A DNA stretch of 60,294 bases, from NCBI GenBank assembly GCA_045863335.1, contig BTVY01000046.1, forward strand, positions 1 to 60,294, read 5' to 3'. The notes under the pieces are model-generated. The model did no database searches. It had not been told where the DNA came from and saw nothing but the letters and a program-made list of their open reading frames with translations. The stretch comes from Candidatus Hydrogenedentota bacterium. GTDB taxonomy: Bacteria > Hydrogenedentota > Hydrogenedentia > Hydrogenedentales > SLHB01. Both the position numbers and the translations under genes were made by a program. Positions 9,342-19,238 of this stretch are shown here, piece after piece (positions within the stretch are counted from its first letter, which is position 1; each line of letters opens with the position of its first letter).

Positions 9342-9673
9342 GGCACGCTCCCTTCGCAGACGTTGAATCCAAGTCGGACACAAAATCGTTCTGCGCCAGA
9401 ACGCACGCTGGCCCGTCGTCCAGGGCGAACACCACGGAACGCCTCAACCGTGCGGGCGGCATTCAGACCCAAGGGGCCATATCAAACGTGTACCACGTCC
9501 GGCGCACTGCGTCAAAAGACGAATTATGCTTAAGTCATTGGCAGGGCTGACCTTTCAATGACTCGAACGAAACCCGGAGCGAACTACGTTGCGAATCGGA
9601 TGGAGCCGTTACAGCGGGCCCCATATCTATCGTAACCAATTACATTCTAAGCAATTACTCCACAGAATACAAG

Positions 9674-11026
9674 TCAACAGTATGTAGCGAAGCCGATGGG
9701 ATCGGCAACAAAAGGGATTACGCCGCATGCCCGTTGACCGGTTCTCCCAACGGTACCGTTTTTGTAGTATTCGCGATCCACCCGTTCGCTAAATCCATCT
9801 ACAGAGTCTGTGGGAACAAGATGGATCGTGCATCCGCCGAAGCCAGCGCCCGTCAGTCGTGAACCGATGCTGCCCGCGGAACGCCCCAGTTCCACGAGCC
9901 GATCCAGCTCCGGGCAACTTACCTGGTAATCGGCGGCGCAACTGGCGTGGGATTCGTTCATCAGTTGGCCGAAGGTCTCGCTGTCACCGGTCACGAGCGC
10001 ATCGCGCCCTGCTTCCACGCGCTGAAATTCGGTCAGAAGATGCCGCGCCCGTGCGCGCAGGCGGAATCCCCCCTCCGGTTCGGGCAAGTCGTCGATCCAC
10101 CGTTCACGAATTTCCGCGGCAGGTACTTCTAGAAACCGGGCGGCTGCCGCGAGAGATGTCCGCTCCTCCGGAAAGGTCTCGAGAAAAAGATCTTCGACTT
10201 CCCGGTCCAACAGACACAGGGGACCGAACCAAAGTTCGCCAAGGGTAGGCAGAACGATTTCCTCGCCAAACGTGCGCTGCGCTTGCTTTTCCACCATGGC
10301 CCGGATGAGGCGGCTCGTAATGGGACCTTCGTTGTATCGTTGGCGGGCGGCCCCGGTTTTGTGAGCGGCGACCATGGAGTCGCAAACGACAAACGTGTGG
10401 TCAGGGAACAGGGGTACGTCCTCCGTGTGAAGCGGGTTAAAATTGACCTTGCATGCGCAACCCTGCCCCCCGAGCAGGATGACTGCCTGGTCCATTCCAC
10501 CACCTTGGGTCCCAACGTAACGCTCCGCTTGCGCCAGGATCCCGGCCAGTTGCAGCCGCGACACATCCTCATCGAGTGGGCGCTTTGCCACCGAAAGATA
10601 GGCGAAAGCGCTGGCGACAACCAGGGCCGTGGAAGAAGAAAGCCCGGCGGCGGACGGTATGCTGCTATCAATGAGGAGGTCCATTCCGAGGGTGCGATCC
10701 AGGTCTAAAGCTTCGTTGAGGCCGACTAGGGCCGCTTTCACGTAGTTCTCCCAGCTCCCTTGCGCAGACGGTTCGATTGTGGGCCCATTTTCAAAGGACG
10801 CGGGAGGATAAGCCGGGTTCTGGTTTTCCAGGCAGATGCGGTTGTCAGCGCGCGGCGCAAAGGCTGCGTACACGGCCTGCCCCAACGTCATCGGGAGGAC
10901 GGGCAGACCGTTGTAATCGATGTGCTCGCCCAACAGGTTGATACGACCCGGGACGCGGCAGGCGCGAGATTCGCGCTGATCGGGAAAACGGGCAAGAAAC
11001 GCTGCCTTTAACTCCTGGATTTCCAT
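9674..11026 (-). CDS. galK: Galactokinase (GHMP kinase)
   Basis: PGRINLLGEHIDYNG, IPSAAGLSSS, GGMDQ, GSRLTGAGFGGC. Confidence 0.9.
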   Translation of the reverse strand: MEIQELKAAFLARFPDQRESRACRVPGRINLLGEHIDYNGLPVLPMTLGQAVYAAFAPRADNRICLENQNPAYPPASFENGPTIEPSAQGSWENYVKAALVGLNEALDLDRTLGMDLLIDSSIPSAAGLSSSTALVVASAFAYLSVAKRPLDEDVSRLQLAGILAQAERYVGTQGGGMDQAVILLGGQGCACKVNFNPLHTEDVPLFPDHTFVVCDSMVAAHKTGAARQRYNEGPITSRLIRAMVEKQAQRTFGEEIVLPTLGELWFGPLCLLDREVEDLFLETFPEERTSLAAAARFLEVPAAEIRERWIDDLPEPEGGFRLRARARHLLTEFQRVEAGRDALVTGDSETFGQLMNESHASCAADYQVSCPELDRLVELGRSAGSIGSRLTGAGFGGCTIHLVPTDSVDGFSERVDREYYKNGTVGRTGQRACGVIPFVADPIGFATYC

Positions 11027-11192
11027 TTCCCGGCGGTGAGATCCTCTGGGTTGCGACGGGTGTCGCGGGATTGTAGCGGCTGGTCCATGGCAGTTCAAAA
11101 GGCCGAACCACACGACGGGCACGTGGGGAACCGCGCCTTGCGTCTGTGTGTTCCACTGACAGTAAATTCTTCCAGCACGTAGGAGCACCGTA

Positions 11193-11879
11193 ATGAAACT
11201 CGCGCATATCCTTGCACTGCTTGCGACAACTCTTGGGTCGCTCACCGTTTGGGGAAGCGAAAATGCATCCGAGGAAAAGCCGGGCCAGGCGCCTTCCGAT
11301 AAAGGGGCATCCACGCATCAGAAAGCCGATAGAAGCTCCGCCTTCAGCCGGATCGACGCGGACGCGAACGGTTCGGTATCACTCCATGAACTGCAGAAGG
11401 TCTACCCACGCGTAACCGAAGACCGTTTCTCGGCGCTCGATACCAGCGGCGACGGGGTGCTCGACCGGCGTGAAGCTATGAAGGCCGCGGAACGGACGGC
11501 GACTGACGTACGGGAGCGGTTTCGGCATGCGGACGCCAATGGGGACGGGCAGGTTACGTACGAAGAACTCCGCTCCAGCAATCCAGGAGTCTCGGCCGCC
11601 CGGTTCAAACAGATGGACCGGAATCGTGACGGCGTCTTGTCGCCGACAGACCGGCAACCGGCACAGAAGGGGAATGATCTGGCCCGGAACGAAACACGTG
11701 GCTCGCGCAATGACGCCGCAAGAAAGCTCATGGAATCCGATGGAGACGGGGACGGCGCCGTCACTTTCGAAGAAGTCGTCAAGGCAAAGCCCGGATTCCC
11801 CAGGGATGCTTTCGATCGCTACGACACGACCAAGGACGGTGTGATCACGTCAGACGACTATTCGTCGCGTCAGAATTAG
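11193..11879 (+). CDS. Secreted EF-hand calcium-binding protein
   Basis: Signal peptide followed by six DxN/DxDG loops (DADANGSVSLHE, DTSGDGVLDRRE, DANGDGQVTYEE, DRNRDGVLSPTD, DGDGDGAVTFEE, DTTKDGVITSDD). Confidence 0.85.
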   Translation: MKLAHILALLATTLGSLTVWGSENASEEKPGQAPSDKGASTHQKADRSSAFSRIDADANGSVSLHELQKVYPRVTEDRFSALDTSGDGVLDRREAMKAAERTATDVRERFRHADANGDGQVTYEELRSSNPGVSAARFKQMDRNRDGVLSPTDRQPAQKGNDLARNETRGSRNDAARKLMESDGDGDGAVTFEEVVKAKPGFPRDAFDRYDTTKDGVITSDDYSSRQN

Positions 11880-13462
11880 GTCCGGCGCCGCCGTAGAAGC
11901 AGCTTGGCGAAGGTCCGCACTTCGGGTACGCCGAGGGCCCAGGAAAGAAGCAGGTAGACTGCCACAGCGAGGGCAAGCGGCACGATGACACAACAGGTTC
12001 GGCTAATCCAGGTGTCCTCCGCGAACAGGCTGAAGGTCCGCACATAGGCGGCGTACGCGACGGCGGCCATTACAACCGCGGAGACGGTCATTCGGAGCAA
12101 CGCGCCAGAGAATGCCCGGTCCCATAGTGCTCCGAAGCGTTGGCCGAGCATCAGGTATAGAACGATGAAGTTCACGGCATACGAAATCGACGTGGCCACA
12201 GCGAGCCCTTTGTATCCGTATGGCGCCACGAGCGCGAAGTTCAACACGATGTTGAGTACCATGCTGCCGCTGGACACGATCACCGGTGTCTTGGTGTCCT
12301 TGAACGCGAAGAAGCCCGTCACACACACCTTCACCCACGCGAAAGTAATGAGGCCGGCCGCGTAAATCGCCAGGGCGATAGAGGTCCATTCGGTATCCTG
12401 GGCGGTGAAGTGCCGGTACTCGAAGAGGAGCTTTACAATGGGCTCGCCGACGACGATAAGGCCCAGTGTCGCGGGCGCAATCATGAAGTAAGACTGCCGC
12501 ATGCCCTGCATCAGGAGCGAGCGAACCGCGGGCTTGTCATCCCGGGCTGCGTGACGCGAGGCGGCGGGCAGCACGGCGGCGGCAACGGCGAATCCGAAGA
12601 TGGAGAGGGGCAATTGGACCAACCGATTCGCGTTGTAGAGCGCGGTCACACTGCCCTCCGCGCTTTTGTATGCGAATAACGTATCGACCAGTTTGTTTAC
12701 TTCGCCAGCAGCCTGACCGAACAGGACCGGGACCATCAAGCCGAGCATGGCGTAAATCTCGGGCCGGTGGACCTTGAACGAGGGAAGGCTGACGCCGACG
12801 TGCCGCGAGAGCGCGAAGTACTGCACCGCAACCTGTGCGACACCGCCGATCCACACCCCGATGACGAGCGCATAAGCTGGATCCGGCAGCATGTGGCGAA
12901 ATGCGAAGACACTCGCGATGATTGCCACGTTGAGCAGGGCGGGCGCCCATGACGGGGTCGTGTAGTGATGTACGGTGAAGAGGGCCGCCATGGAAAACAC
13001 GGCCAAGCCAATCCAGAAGAGATAGGGGAAGGTCCATCTCGACAAGGATGAGACCAGAGCGATCGTGCTGGGGTCCAGTTGCTCGCCCTTGGTGATAGGG
13101 TGCAGGGCATTCAGTCCCTGTAGCAATTGTGGTACGAGCAACACACCGATGACGCTGAGAACCGCGAGAAGGAGGATCATCCCTCCCATGGTCGCGGCGA
13201 CGACCTCCCGGAATTCCTTTTGCGACTTCTTTTCGAGAGTCTCGGAAAAAACGGGGATAAATGCCGCATTCGAGGCGCCCTCTCCGACGAGATCGCGGAG
13301 CATGTTGGGGAACCGGAACGCGACGATGAAGGCTTCGCGCGAACCCTCCGGTATGAAGATGTTCATGACTTGGTCGCGAACGAGGCCGAGCACCCGGCTG
13401 AGCATGGTGCCCCCGGCAAAAATCGCGGCGAATCTGGACAAATTGCGTTCAGGCTGCGACAT
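11876..13462 (-). CDS. murJ: Lipid II flippase MurJ (MviN)
   Basis: SRVLGLVRD, AFRFPNMLRDLVGEGA...AFIPVF, ANRLVQLP, DTKTPV; polytopic membrane protein. Confidence 0.95.
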   Translation of the reverse strand: MSQPERNLSRFAAIFAGGTMLSRVLGLVRDQVMNIFIPEGSREAFIVAFRFPNMLRDLVGEGASNAAFIPVFSETLEKKSQKEFREVVAATMGGMILLLAVLSVIGVLLVPQLLQGLNALHPITKGEQLDPSTIALVSSLSRWTFPYLFWIGLAVFSMAALFTVHHYTTPSWAPALLNVAIIASVFAFRHMLPDPAYALVIGVWIGGVAQVAVQYFALSRHVGVSLPSFKVHRPEIYAMLGLMVPVLFGQAAGEVNKLVDTLFAYKSAEGSVTALYNANRLVQLPLSIFGFAVAAAVLPAASRHAARDDKPAVRSLLMQGMRQSYFMIAPATLGLIVVGEPIVKLLFEYRHFTAQDTEWTSIALAIYAAGLITFAWVKVCVTGFFAFKDTKTPVIVSSGSMVLNIVLNFALVAPYGYKGLAVATSISYAVNFIVLYLMLGQRFGALWDRAFSGALLRMTVSAVVMAAVAYAAYVRTFSLFAEDTWISRTCCVIVPLALAVAVYLLLSWALGVPEVRTFAKLLLRRRRT

Positions 13463-13533
13463 GGCGTTCGTTCAGGTGTTTCCCCATTTGGACGTTAAGG
13501 CGTTCACTCGGTGCTGCGGCATTGCGGCCGCCT

Positions 13534-15099
13534 TCAGACCTTCTTGATAGATCCCCGAAAAGACTGAATCGCTGCCCACCCCGCAAGCAGACTTACGATA
13601 CCCAAAAGAGCGTTCGGTACGAACAGTGGTCCAGGCGGAAACGGATGGGATGCGGGAAGGGCGGCGGGTAAGACGCCCCCCAACCGGTGCATGCGCGTTT
13701 CCGCCGCGTCGACGTCTCCCAACCGGTACATGTTGCCGCGACCGTCGAAGTAGGTGTCGACCAGCGTGAACCGGCCCCAGGGATCGAACATTCCGGTAAT
13801 GCCGGTGTTGGCACAGTGGGCGACGGGCAGGCGCGTCTCGACCGCGCGTACTCGTGCGATCTCCAACTCCTGCTCGAGGGCGCTGCTCGCGCCGAACCAC
13901 CCCAAGTTCGTCATCACGACGAGAAGATCGGCGCCTTCCGCGCGGAGGTGCGCTGACATGGGCGCAAACAAGACCTCGAAACAAATCAGGGGCCCGATCG
14001 TTCGGTCGCCGGCCTTCAGGATCTTCTGGATTGTCCCCGCCTGGATGTCTCCAATGGCGGGAACGACTTTGGATATGAAGGGAAGATACTCGCTCAGCGG
14101 AACGTATTCGCCGAATGGCGCCAGGTGGATCTTGTCGTACGAGTCCACCAGGGTTCCGTCGGGTGCGACCAGATGGCTCGAGTTCAGACTTCCGCCCGTA
14201 TCCGAATCGGATCGGTGGGTTCCGGCAAGGAGGGCGGCTTCCGTATCGAGAACCAGACTTTGCACTTCCCGATAGATCGGCGGCGAATCGATGTCGTCCA
14301 TCACGAGACTTTCCGGCCACACAAAGAGATCGACGGGGGCATTCTGCGCCAGCATGCGCGATTTGGCCGCCGCGTTCTGCACCATGTCGACCGTGTACTC
14401 GGGATCCCATTTCATCTCGAGGGGAAAGTCCGCCTGGAGCAACCCCACATTGTAGGGTGGATCGGCGTACTGCGCCTGGCCAATCAGAGGCCAACCGCCC
14501 GCGTGAGTGACGATGAGCAGGGCAAGTACACCGCCGAGGCGCGGAAGACGGCGTTTGGATTCCGCGATGGCTCCGGCAATCAAGGCATTGCTCAGGATGA
14601 GAAACAGTGATATGAGCGAAACGCCGCCGAATGCCGCCCACTGAAGCAGGGGCAGGTCGAGGCCTTGTGAATAGCCGAGCGCCCCCCATCCGAAGCCGGT
14701 GAAGGCGAAAGACTGAACGTGCTCCATGGCGCCCCAAAGAACTGCCAGCACCAGAGCAGACGGGCTGCGCGGGATCGTTTCGCGGATGCGAATCCACGCC
14801 CACCCCACAACCGCCCAGAACAACGCCATGATGCAAGACAGGGCGACGTAGCCAAGAAACGCCCAGCCACCGGCCCAATAGACGTTCGCCATGAGCCACT
14901 GGAGCAGCACGAGGTAAAATACAACCCCCGTGGCAAAGAATTGCACGGCGGCGGAGCGTGCCGGCATGGCCCACACGCGCGCGAGCACCGGCGCCAGAAC
15001 AAACCATGCGAGCGGGAAGAGGTGATATCCGGGGAACGCCAGCGCAAGGAGCGAACCGGATAACACCGCAAGGCCGAAGGTTTTGAGGAAGGACATCAT
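13534..15099 (-). CDS. lnt: Apolipoprotein N-acyltransferase
   Basis: N-terminal TM helices with GFGW; nitrilase triad VWPE, YDKIHLAPFGEY, ICFE; RAVE...NTGIT. Confidence 0.95.
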   Translation of the reverse strand: MMSFLKTFGLAVLSGSLLALAFPGYHLFPLAWFVLAPVLARVWAMPARSAAVQFFATGVVFYLVLLQWLMANVYWAGGWAFLGYVALSCIMALFWAVVGWAWIRIRETIPRSPSALVLAVLWGAMEHVQSFAFTGFGWGALGYSQGLDLPLLQWAAFGGVSLISLFLILSNALIAGAIAESKRRLPRLGGVLALLIVTHAGGWPLIGQAQYADPPYNVGLLQADFPLEMKWDPEYTVDMVQNAAAKSRMLAQNAPVDLFVWPESLVMDDIDSPPIYREVQSLVLDTEAALLAGTHRSDSDTGGSLNSSHLVAPDGTLVDSYDKIHLAPFGEYVPLSEYLPFISKVVPAIGDIQAGTIQKILKAGDRTIGPLICFEVLFAPMSAHLRAEGADLLVVMTNLGWFGASSALEQELEIARVRAVETRLPVAHCANTGITGMFDPWGRFTLVDTYFDGRGNMYRLGDVDAAETRMHRLGGVLPAALPASHPFPPGPLFVPNALLGIVSLLAGWAAIQSFRGSIKKV

Positions 15100-15163
15100 G
15101 GGAGCGGGATCATGCGCGACCGATCAGAAAAAATCAACCGTCACCGCTGTGAATGCCGCTTCG

Positions 15164-16549
15164 CTACAGTTCCTCATCCATGAGTTCGGCTTCTTGCTGA
15201 AGCTTATCGCGGTTGCGCCACTCCGAGCCGCGCCAGAAGTCGAGTGCGTCCTCCATTGGAGGATTCATCTCGCGAAGATTTACCACGGTGGGCGAGACGA
15301 AAATGAGCAGGTGACTGTTCAAGATGTCGTTGTCACGACCGCGGAATGGAATGCCGAGTACCGGCAAGCGGCCGACAATGGGAACACGCTTTTCCGTCTT
15401 GCGGATAACACGGCTCGAGAGTCCGCCGATGACCAGCGTCTGCGTATTGGGTACGAGCACCGAACCCGTCTGCTTGCGGCTGGAAAACACCGGCACCTGC
15501 AACCCCTGGATGGGCGTATCTCTTAGCCGGTCACTCACTTCGAGGTTGGTGATATCGATCTGAATAATGTCGTTCGGCAGAATAACCGGCTTCAAATTGA
15601 TGTTGACACCCAATTGGCGCCACTCAATTTTGAGCAAGGGGACGCCGTTCTTGTACTCCACGCCCTGAAATGGGACGTCGTCACCGGCTTTGATCTCGGC
15701 AATCTGCTCGTTGATGACGAGCAACTCGGGTTTGGAGATCAAGTCCGAATCCGACTTCGTCTCGATGGCGCGCAGGATTCCGTCAATGGTGCCGCGGTCA
15801 TCGTCGATGATGCTATACGTCAGCCCCGCGCCCCGTTGCGTATTCAGCTGAGACTCGCCGGGGCGGTTCGGATCGTTTACGAGCGAATTGCCGGGCGTCC
15901 ATGCAGTATCCGACTCCGGAGTCAGCCGCACGTTGTCCGGATACGGGCTTCCATCCGGCGCAGGCAACGTCGACTGAAACGTCTGATCGGTCGGCACAAA
16001 GGTCTCCGTGCGAACGCGTTCGAGCGAACCGCTCTGCTCGTCGCCGCGAACAAACCGGGTGTAGTTGATATTCGAACCGATTTCGCGCGCTCCGTCCTCG
16101 TCGGTCTGGCTGATCCAGACCTGGATCTGGACCTGCCTGATATCGACCGGCGGCGGTGGGGGCGGCGCTTCTGCCGGTGGCGCCTCTGCCGGCGGCGCTT
16201 CTGCCGGCGGCGCTTCTGCAGGCGCGGCCTCTGCCGGCGCGGCCTCGGCCGGCGGCGGTGGTGCTGCCTCAGCCGGGGGCGGTGGAGGCGCTGCCTCGGC
16301 CGGAGGCGGCGGTGCTGCCTCAGCCGGGGGCGGTGGAGGCGCTGCCTCGGCCGGCGGCGGTGTTGCCTCAGCTGGAGGTGGTGTTTCAGCAGGGGGCGGC
16401 GGCGCGGCTTCGGCTGGAGGTGGTGGAGGAGGAGCCTCTGCCGACGGCGGTGGCGCGGCCTCGGCTGGAGGCGGATCCTGGGCGAAAGCAGTTGGTAAAA
16501 ACGTGACTGCAATCAGGACGAGACAGCAAAGTACTGCGCGTGCCATCAC
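15164..16549 (-). CDS. Secretin-family outer-membrane protein lacking N-domains, with a Pro/Ala/Glu-rich N-terminus
   Basis: Signal peptide, ~110 aa of PAEAAPPP repeats, then core QVQIQVWI...LISKPELLV...GVNINLKP...TLVIGGL...VPIVGRLPVLGIPF...LLIFVSPTVV. Confidence 0.85.
   Translation of the reverse strand: MMARAVLCCLVLIAVTFLPTAFAQDPPPAEAAPPPSAEAPPPPPPAEAAPPPPAETPPPAEATPPPAEAAPPPPPAEAAPPPPAEAAPPPPPAEAAPPPPAEAAPAEAAPAEAPPAEAPPAEAPPAEAPPPPPPVDIRQVQIQVWISQTDEDGAREIGSNINYTRFVRGDEQSGSLERVRTETFVPTDQTFQSTLPAPDGSPYPDNVRLTPESDTAWTPGNSLVNDPNRPGESQLNTQRGAGLTYSIIDDDRGTIDGILRAIETKSDSDLISKPELLVINEQIAEIKAGDDVPFQGVEYKNGVPLLKIEWRQLGVNINLKPVILPNDIIQIDITNLEVSDRLRDTPIQGLQVPVFSSRKQTGSVLVPNTQTLVIGGLSSRVIRKTEKRVPIVGRLPVLGIPFRGRDNDILNSHLLIFVSPTVVNLREMNPPMEDALDFWRGSEWRNRDKLQQEAELMDEEL
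16148..16476 (-). repeat. Coding tandem repeat (PPPAEAA/PAEAP units)
   Basis: Multiple near-identical GCCGAGGC/GCTGAGGCAGC units visible in both DNA and protein. Confidence 0.9.
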
Positions 16550-17700
16550 GGACTGCCTCCCAACTCCGACTCAATTCCCTGTTCACGCCCTTCACCGGCA
16601 ATCCCTTCCGCGATTCCTTCAGGGATACCGGCGATGCCGCCGATCACGTCGCCGATGACATCGGTGGGTTTCATACGTTCTTTGGCTTCTGCATCGTCTT
16701 CAAAAACGGATTCGTCGACCACGGTATACGCGGGACGCCACGCTTCGCACTTGATGAAAAAGACCAGTTCGCGGCGCTGCTCTTCCGTCGTTCGATTACC
16801 CAGCGCGGAGGACACAGGCGAACCGATGAAGTTGCCGGGGACGACGCGTTCGACCAATCCCACGGCAAGGTCTTCGGCCTTGGTCAGGCCGGGCACCGAA
16901 TCCAGGGACTTCGTCTTACGATTGCGGAACAGCCCTCCCAGGATCAGCACTTGCCCGTGGCGGACCCAGACGTTGGTCGTCATGCTGCGAGAGACAAACG
17001 TGGGCGCCACGACTTGGTTCGCTCCCGCGAACCGGTCGTCCACCGCGACGACGATGTCTTCACCCAGTTCCTTCACCTCGGCAAGAAGCTGCAGTTTGAT
17101 AAAGGTGTCGTCCACTGTCGTCCAGTCACCGTCATCGTCAATAACATCAGGAACGCCGACCTGCAGGATAACGCCGGTCTTGCGGAAATCGGTTACACCA
17201 ACGACGGTCGTACCCACAACGGTCGGGTTCTCATAGGGGTTCTCTTCGACGGTTTCGATAACGGTCGGAATGGTATTGCGTACCATTACCATCGCCTTCG
17301 GTCGCGAGAGAATGTAAGCACGGTTCTCGTTCACGAGCCCTTGCAACACGAATTCCATGTCGCCGTCGCTCAACCGAAGGCGGTCCAGAAAAACGGTAAT
17401 TGCCCCTTCCGAATCGAGCGGGAACGTCAGATCGGCAGTCGAGATGGCGCCTTCACCGTCCGAGACCCGGCCGTAGGTCTTGGGTTCCTTGCGGCGGGCA
17501 TAGAAGGCGCTAAGCCCGGTATCCACGCCTTTGGTCGCCTGGAACTCAACCACTTTCATGGTCACGCTCACCTGTTCGGGAGCACCAACCTGTGGCGGGG
17601 TTTCCGGAACGGTAATCTCGATTTGTGGCGTGTCTTGGCCCCAGGCCGCGGCACACAGCAGAGGCGCTAACCACAGTGCTCTGCATAGGCTTCGGTTCAT
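16546..17700 (-). CDS. Second secretin-family protein lacking N-domains
   Basis: Signal peptide, core starts about 20 aa later: QVSVTMKVVE...ILSRPKAMV...KTGVILQV...PTFVSRSMTTNVWVRHGQVLILGGL...RELVFFIK. 4-nt overlap with the next gene. Confidence 0.8.
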   Translation of the reverse strand: MNRSLCRALWLAPLLCAAAWGQDTPQIEITVPETPPQVGAPEQVSVTMKVVEFQATKGVDTGLSAFYARRKEPKTYGRVSDGEGAISTADLTFPLDSEGAITVFLDRLRLSDGDMEFVLQGLVNENRAYILSRPKAMVMVRNTIPTVIETVEENPYENPTVVGTTVVGVTDFRKTGVILQVGVPDVIDDDGDWTTVDDTFIKLQLLAEVKELGEDIVVAVDDRFAGANQVVAPTFVSRSMTTNVWVRHGQVLILGGLFRNRKTKSLDSVPGLTKAEDLAVGLVERVVPGNFIGSPVSSALGNRTTEEQRRELVFFIKCEAWRPAYTVVDESVFEDDAEAKERMKPTDVIGDVIGGIAGIPEGIAEGIAGEGREQGIESELGGSP

Positions 17701-17709
17701 CAGACCTCC

Positions 17710-18711
17710 CTACCGCTCGAATGTCGGGACGCATTCGTAACGGTGAATGTCGTCGATGTTGGCAAAGTTGCTGAAACGAACGCTGAACGCCCGAATCTCT
17801 CCCGGGTTCAAGCGGCCAATATTGACCGTGTTCGTGTCGTACACCATGTTGCCGAATCCGTATATCGTCACGATGACCTGGACGCCGTAGAGCACGCTGT
17901 CTCCGCGGTTCACGGCCTGACCGGTGACGACATAGTACATGCTTTCGCGCGTGATCAAATCGCGCCCGCTCTGGAAAGACGCGGTGTTGATGATGGCCAG
18001 CGGCCGCTTCTCGATCTCCCTGCGCTGCACTTCGCCCGGGGTCAGCACGATGTATCCGCCGGATGGCAGCAATTCAATCCGCGTGCTGACTTCGGGGTCG
18101 CTTGCGACTTCCGGGCTCTCCTTTACGACCCGCGCGTACAACCGGCCCGCATAGTCGTAGTCGCCCCGCTTCCAGAGCATGTCGGCAAGTTTCAGTTGAT
18201 TGCCGACGTTGTTGGGGTCGGCCTTCAATTCTTCTGCTAACTGTCGAATTTCGGCTTCGAGCTTTTCCGCAGTCCAGTATTTCTGCTCGTACTCGTCCTG
18301 GAGATTCGCGGCGTACTGCCGGCTTTCTTCGGCGTAGGGGCCGTCGGGGGCCAAGCGTAAGTACTCGTCGAAGACTTCAATGGCTTCCCGGTAGCTCTTG
18401 ATATTCATATAGGCCACGCCGAGCCAATACCGCGCATCCAGTGAGGAACGCGAGTTGGGGTATTTGGCGATGACCTGCAGCAGCCGGGGAATCACCACGG
18501 TGGTGTCGCCCGACTCGAGCATGCGGCGCGCCTCTTCCACCTCTTTGCTGCTGGACCGCTGGTCAAGCATCCGGTTCTTGGAAACCGGGGTCTCCGTCAT
18601 GGGAGGATTGGACCGGGGCGTCGTACAGCCGGCGGTCACGAAAAGAAGGGCCGATGCCGCCATCACAACAAGCGACAGGCCCCAGCACTGCGCGGATATC
18701 TTAGATCTCAC
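17710..18711 (-). CDS. TPR lipoprotein (BamD/YfiO-like repeats) with C-terminal FxLYD-like beta domain
   Basis: Lipobox TAGC; KYPNS..DARYWLG...YLRLAPDG TPR pattern; C-terminal VTGQAVNRG...LNPGEIRAFSV. Confidence 0.72.
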   Translation of the reverse strand: MRSKISAQCWGLSLVVMAASALLFVTAGCTTPRSNPPMTETPVSKNRMLDQRSSSKEVEEARRMLESGDTTVVIPRLLQVIAKYPNSRSSLDARYWLGVAYMNIKSYREAIEVFDEYLRLAPDGPYAEESRQYAANLQDEYEQKYWTAEKLEAEIRQLAEELKADPNNVGNQLKLADMLWKRGDYDYAGRLYARVVKESPEVASDPEVSTRIELLPSGGYIVLTPGEVQRREIEKRPLAIINTASFQSGRDLITRESMYYVVTGQAVNRGDSVLYGVQVIVTIYGFGNMVYDTNTVNIGRLNPGEIRAFSVRFSNFANIDDIHRYECVPTFER

Positions 18712-18720
18712 TACCGTCCC

Positions 18721-19152
18721 CTATTTTGCCTTTTCATCGTCTCTCGAGGCGTCGTCACCCAACTCCTTGAGAATCAACTCGGTAATATCCTCGGCAGGGA
18801 TGGCAGGTTCAAGACTGGCCAAGTACCCCTGGGCAACGATCAGGTCGTATTCCGTATCCTGGCCGACCTGCGAGATGGCCCGCGTCGTACGATCGCTGGC
18901 TTGGCTCATGAGAATCCAGTACTTACCGGTGCCTCGTTCGACTTTGCTTTTCTTCAGTTGTTTGTACTCAGGCGTGGCTTTCACGACTTCATCATAATCG
19001 ACCTCGCCGGCCTTTTCGAAGCCGGTTGCCGCGCCCCAGTAGACCTTCTGGGGGTCTACCTGGTCCGCGGGGATGGAATGTATCTCCGCCACCGCCATCA
19101 TGGCGAGCGCCGCCACAATAGAACCTGCAACCATTCTTGCGTTGGTACTCAT
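18721..19152 (-). CDS. Small exported protein resembling a truncated OmpH/Skp
   Basis: Signal peptide; GEVDYDEVVKATPEYK...AISQVG...YDLIV...DITELILKEL match both Skp head-domain halves, joined by a very short linker. Confidence 0.55.
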   Translation of the reverse strand: MSTNARMVAGSIVAALAMMAVAEIHSIPADQVDPQKVYWGAATGFEKAGEVDYDEVVKATPEYKQLKKSKVERGTGKYWILMSQASDRTTRAISQVGQDTEYDLIVAQGYLASLEPAIPAEDITELILKELGDDASRDDEKAK

Positions 19153-19238
19153 GGTCGTAGTCCCTCACTTCACCTTATGGTATAAATGGACTTACGCACA
19201 AGACAGGTTTTTCAACCTGTAATCCCGCACAGAATCCA

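Noticed and set aside
11027-11314. N-terminal extension of galK
   Set aside because: Overlaps the divergent EF-hand gene; GHMP similarity starts near Met at 11026.
13472-15007. 511-aa alternative-frame ORF over lnt (and similar long shadow ORFs throughout)
   Set aside because: Expected in high-GC DNA; Arg/Gly-rich with no motifs, while the overlapping frame has clear family signatures.
16065-16658. Gly/Ala-rich and Arg-rich ORFs over the secretin repeat
   Set aside because: Shadow frames of the PAEAAPPP coding repeat; no independent RBS or domain.
19153-19238. Riboswitch in the secretin operon leader
   Set aside because: Only one clear hairpin (ACAGGUU-GAAA-AACCUGU, 19203-19220); no match to an aptamer I can recognise.
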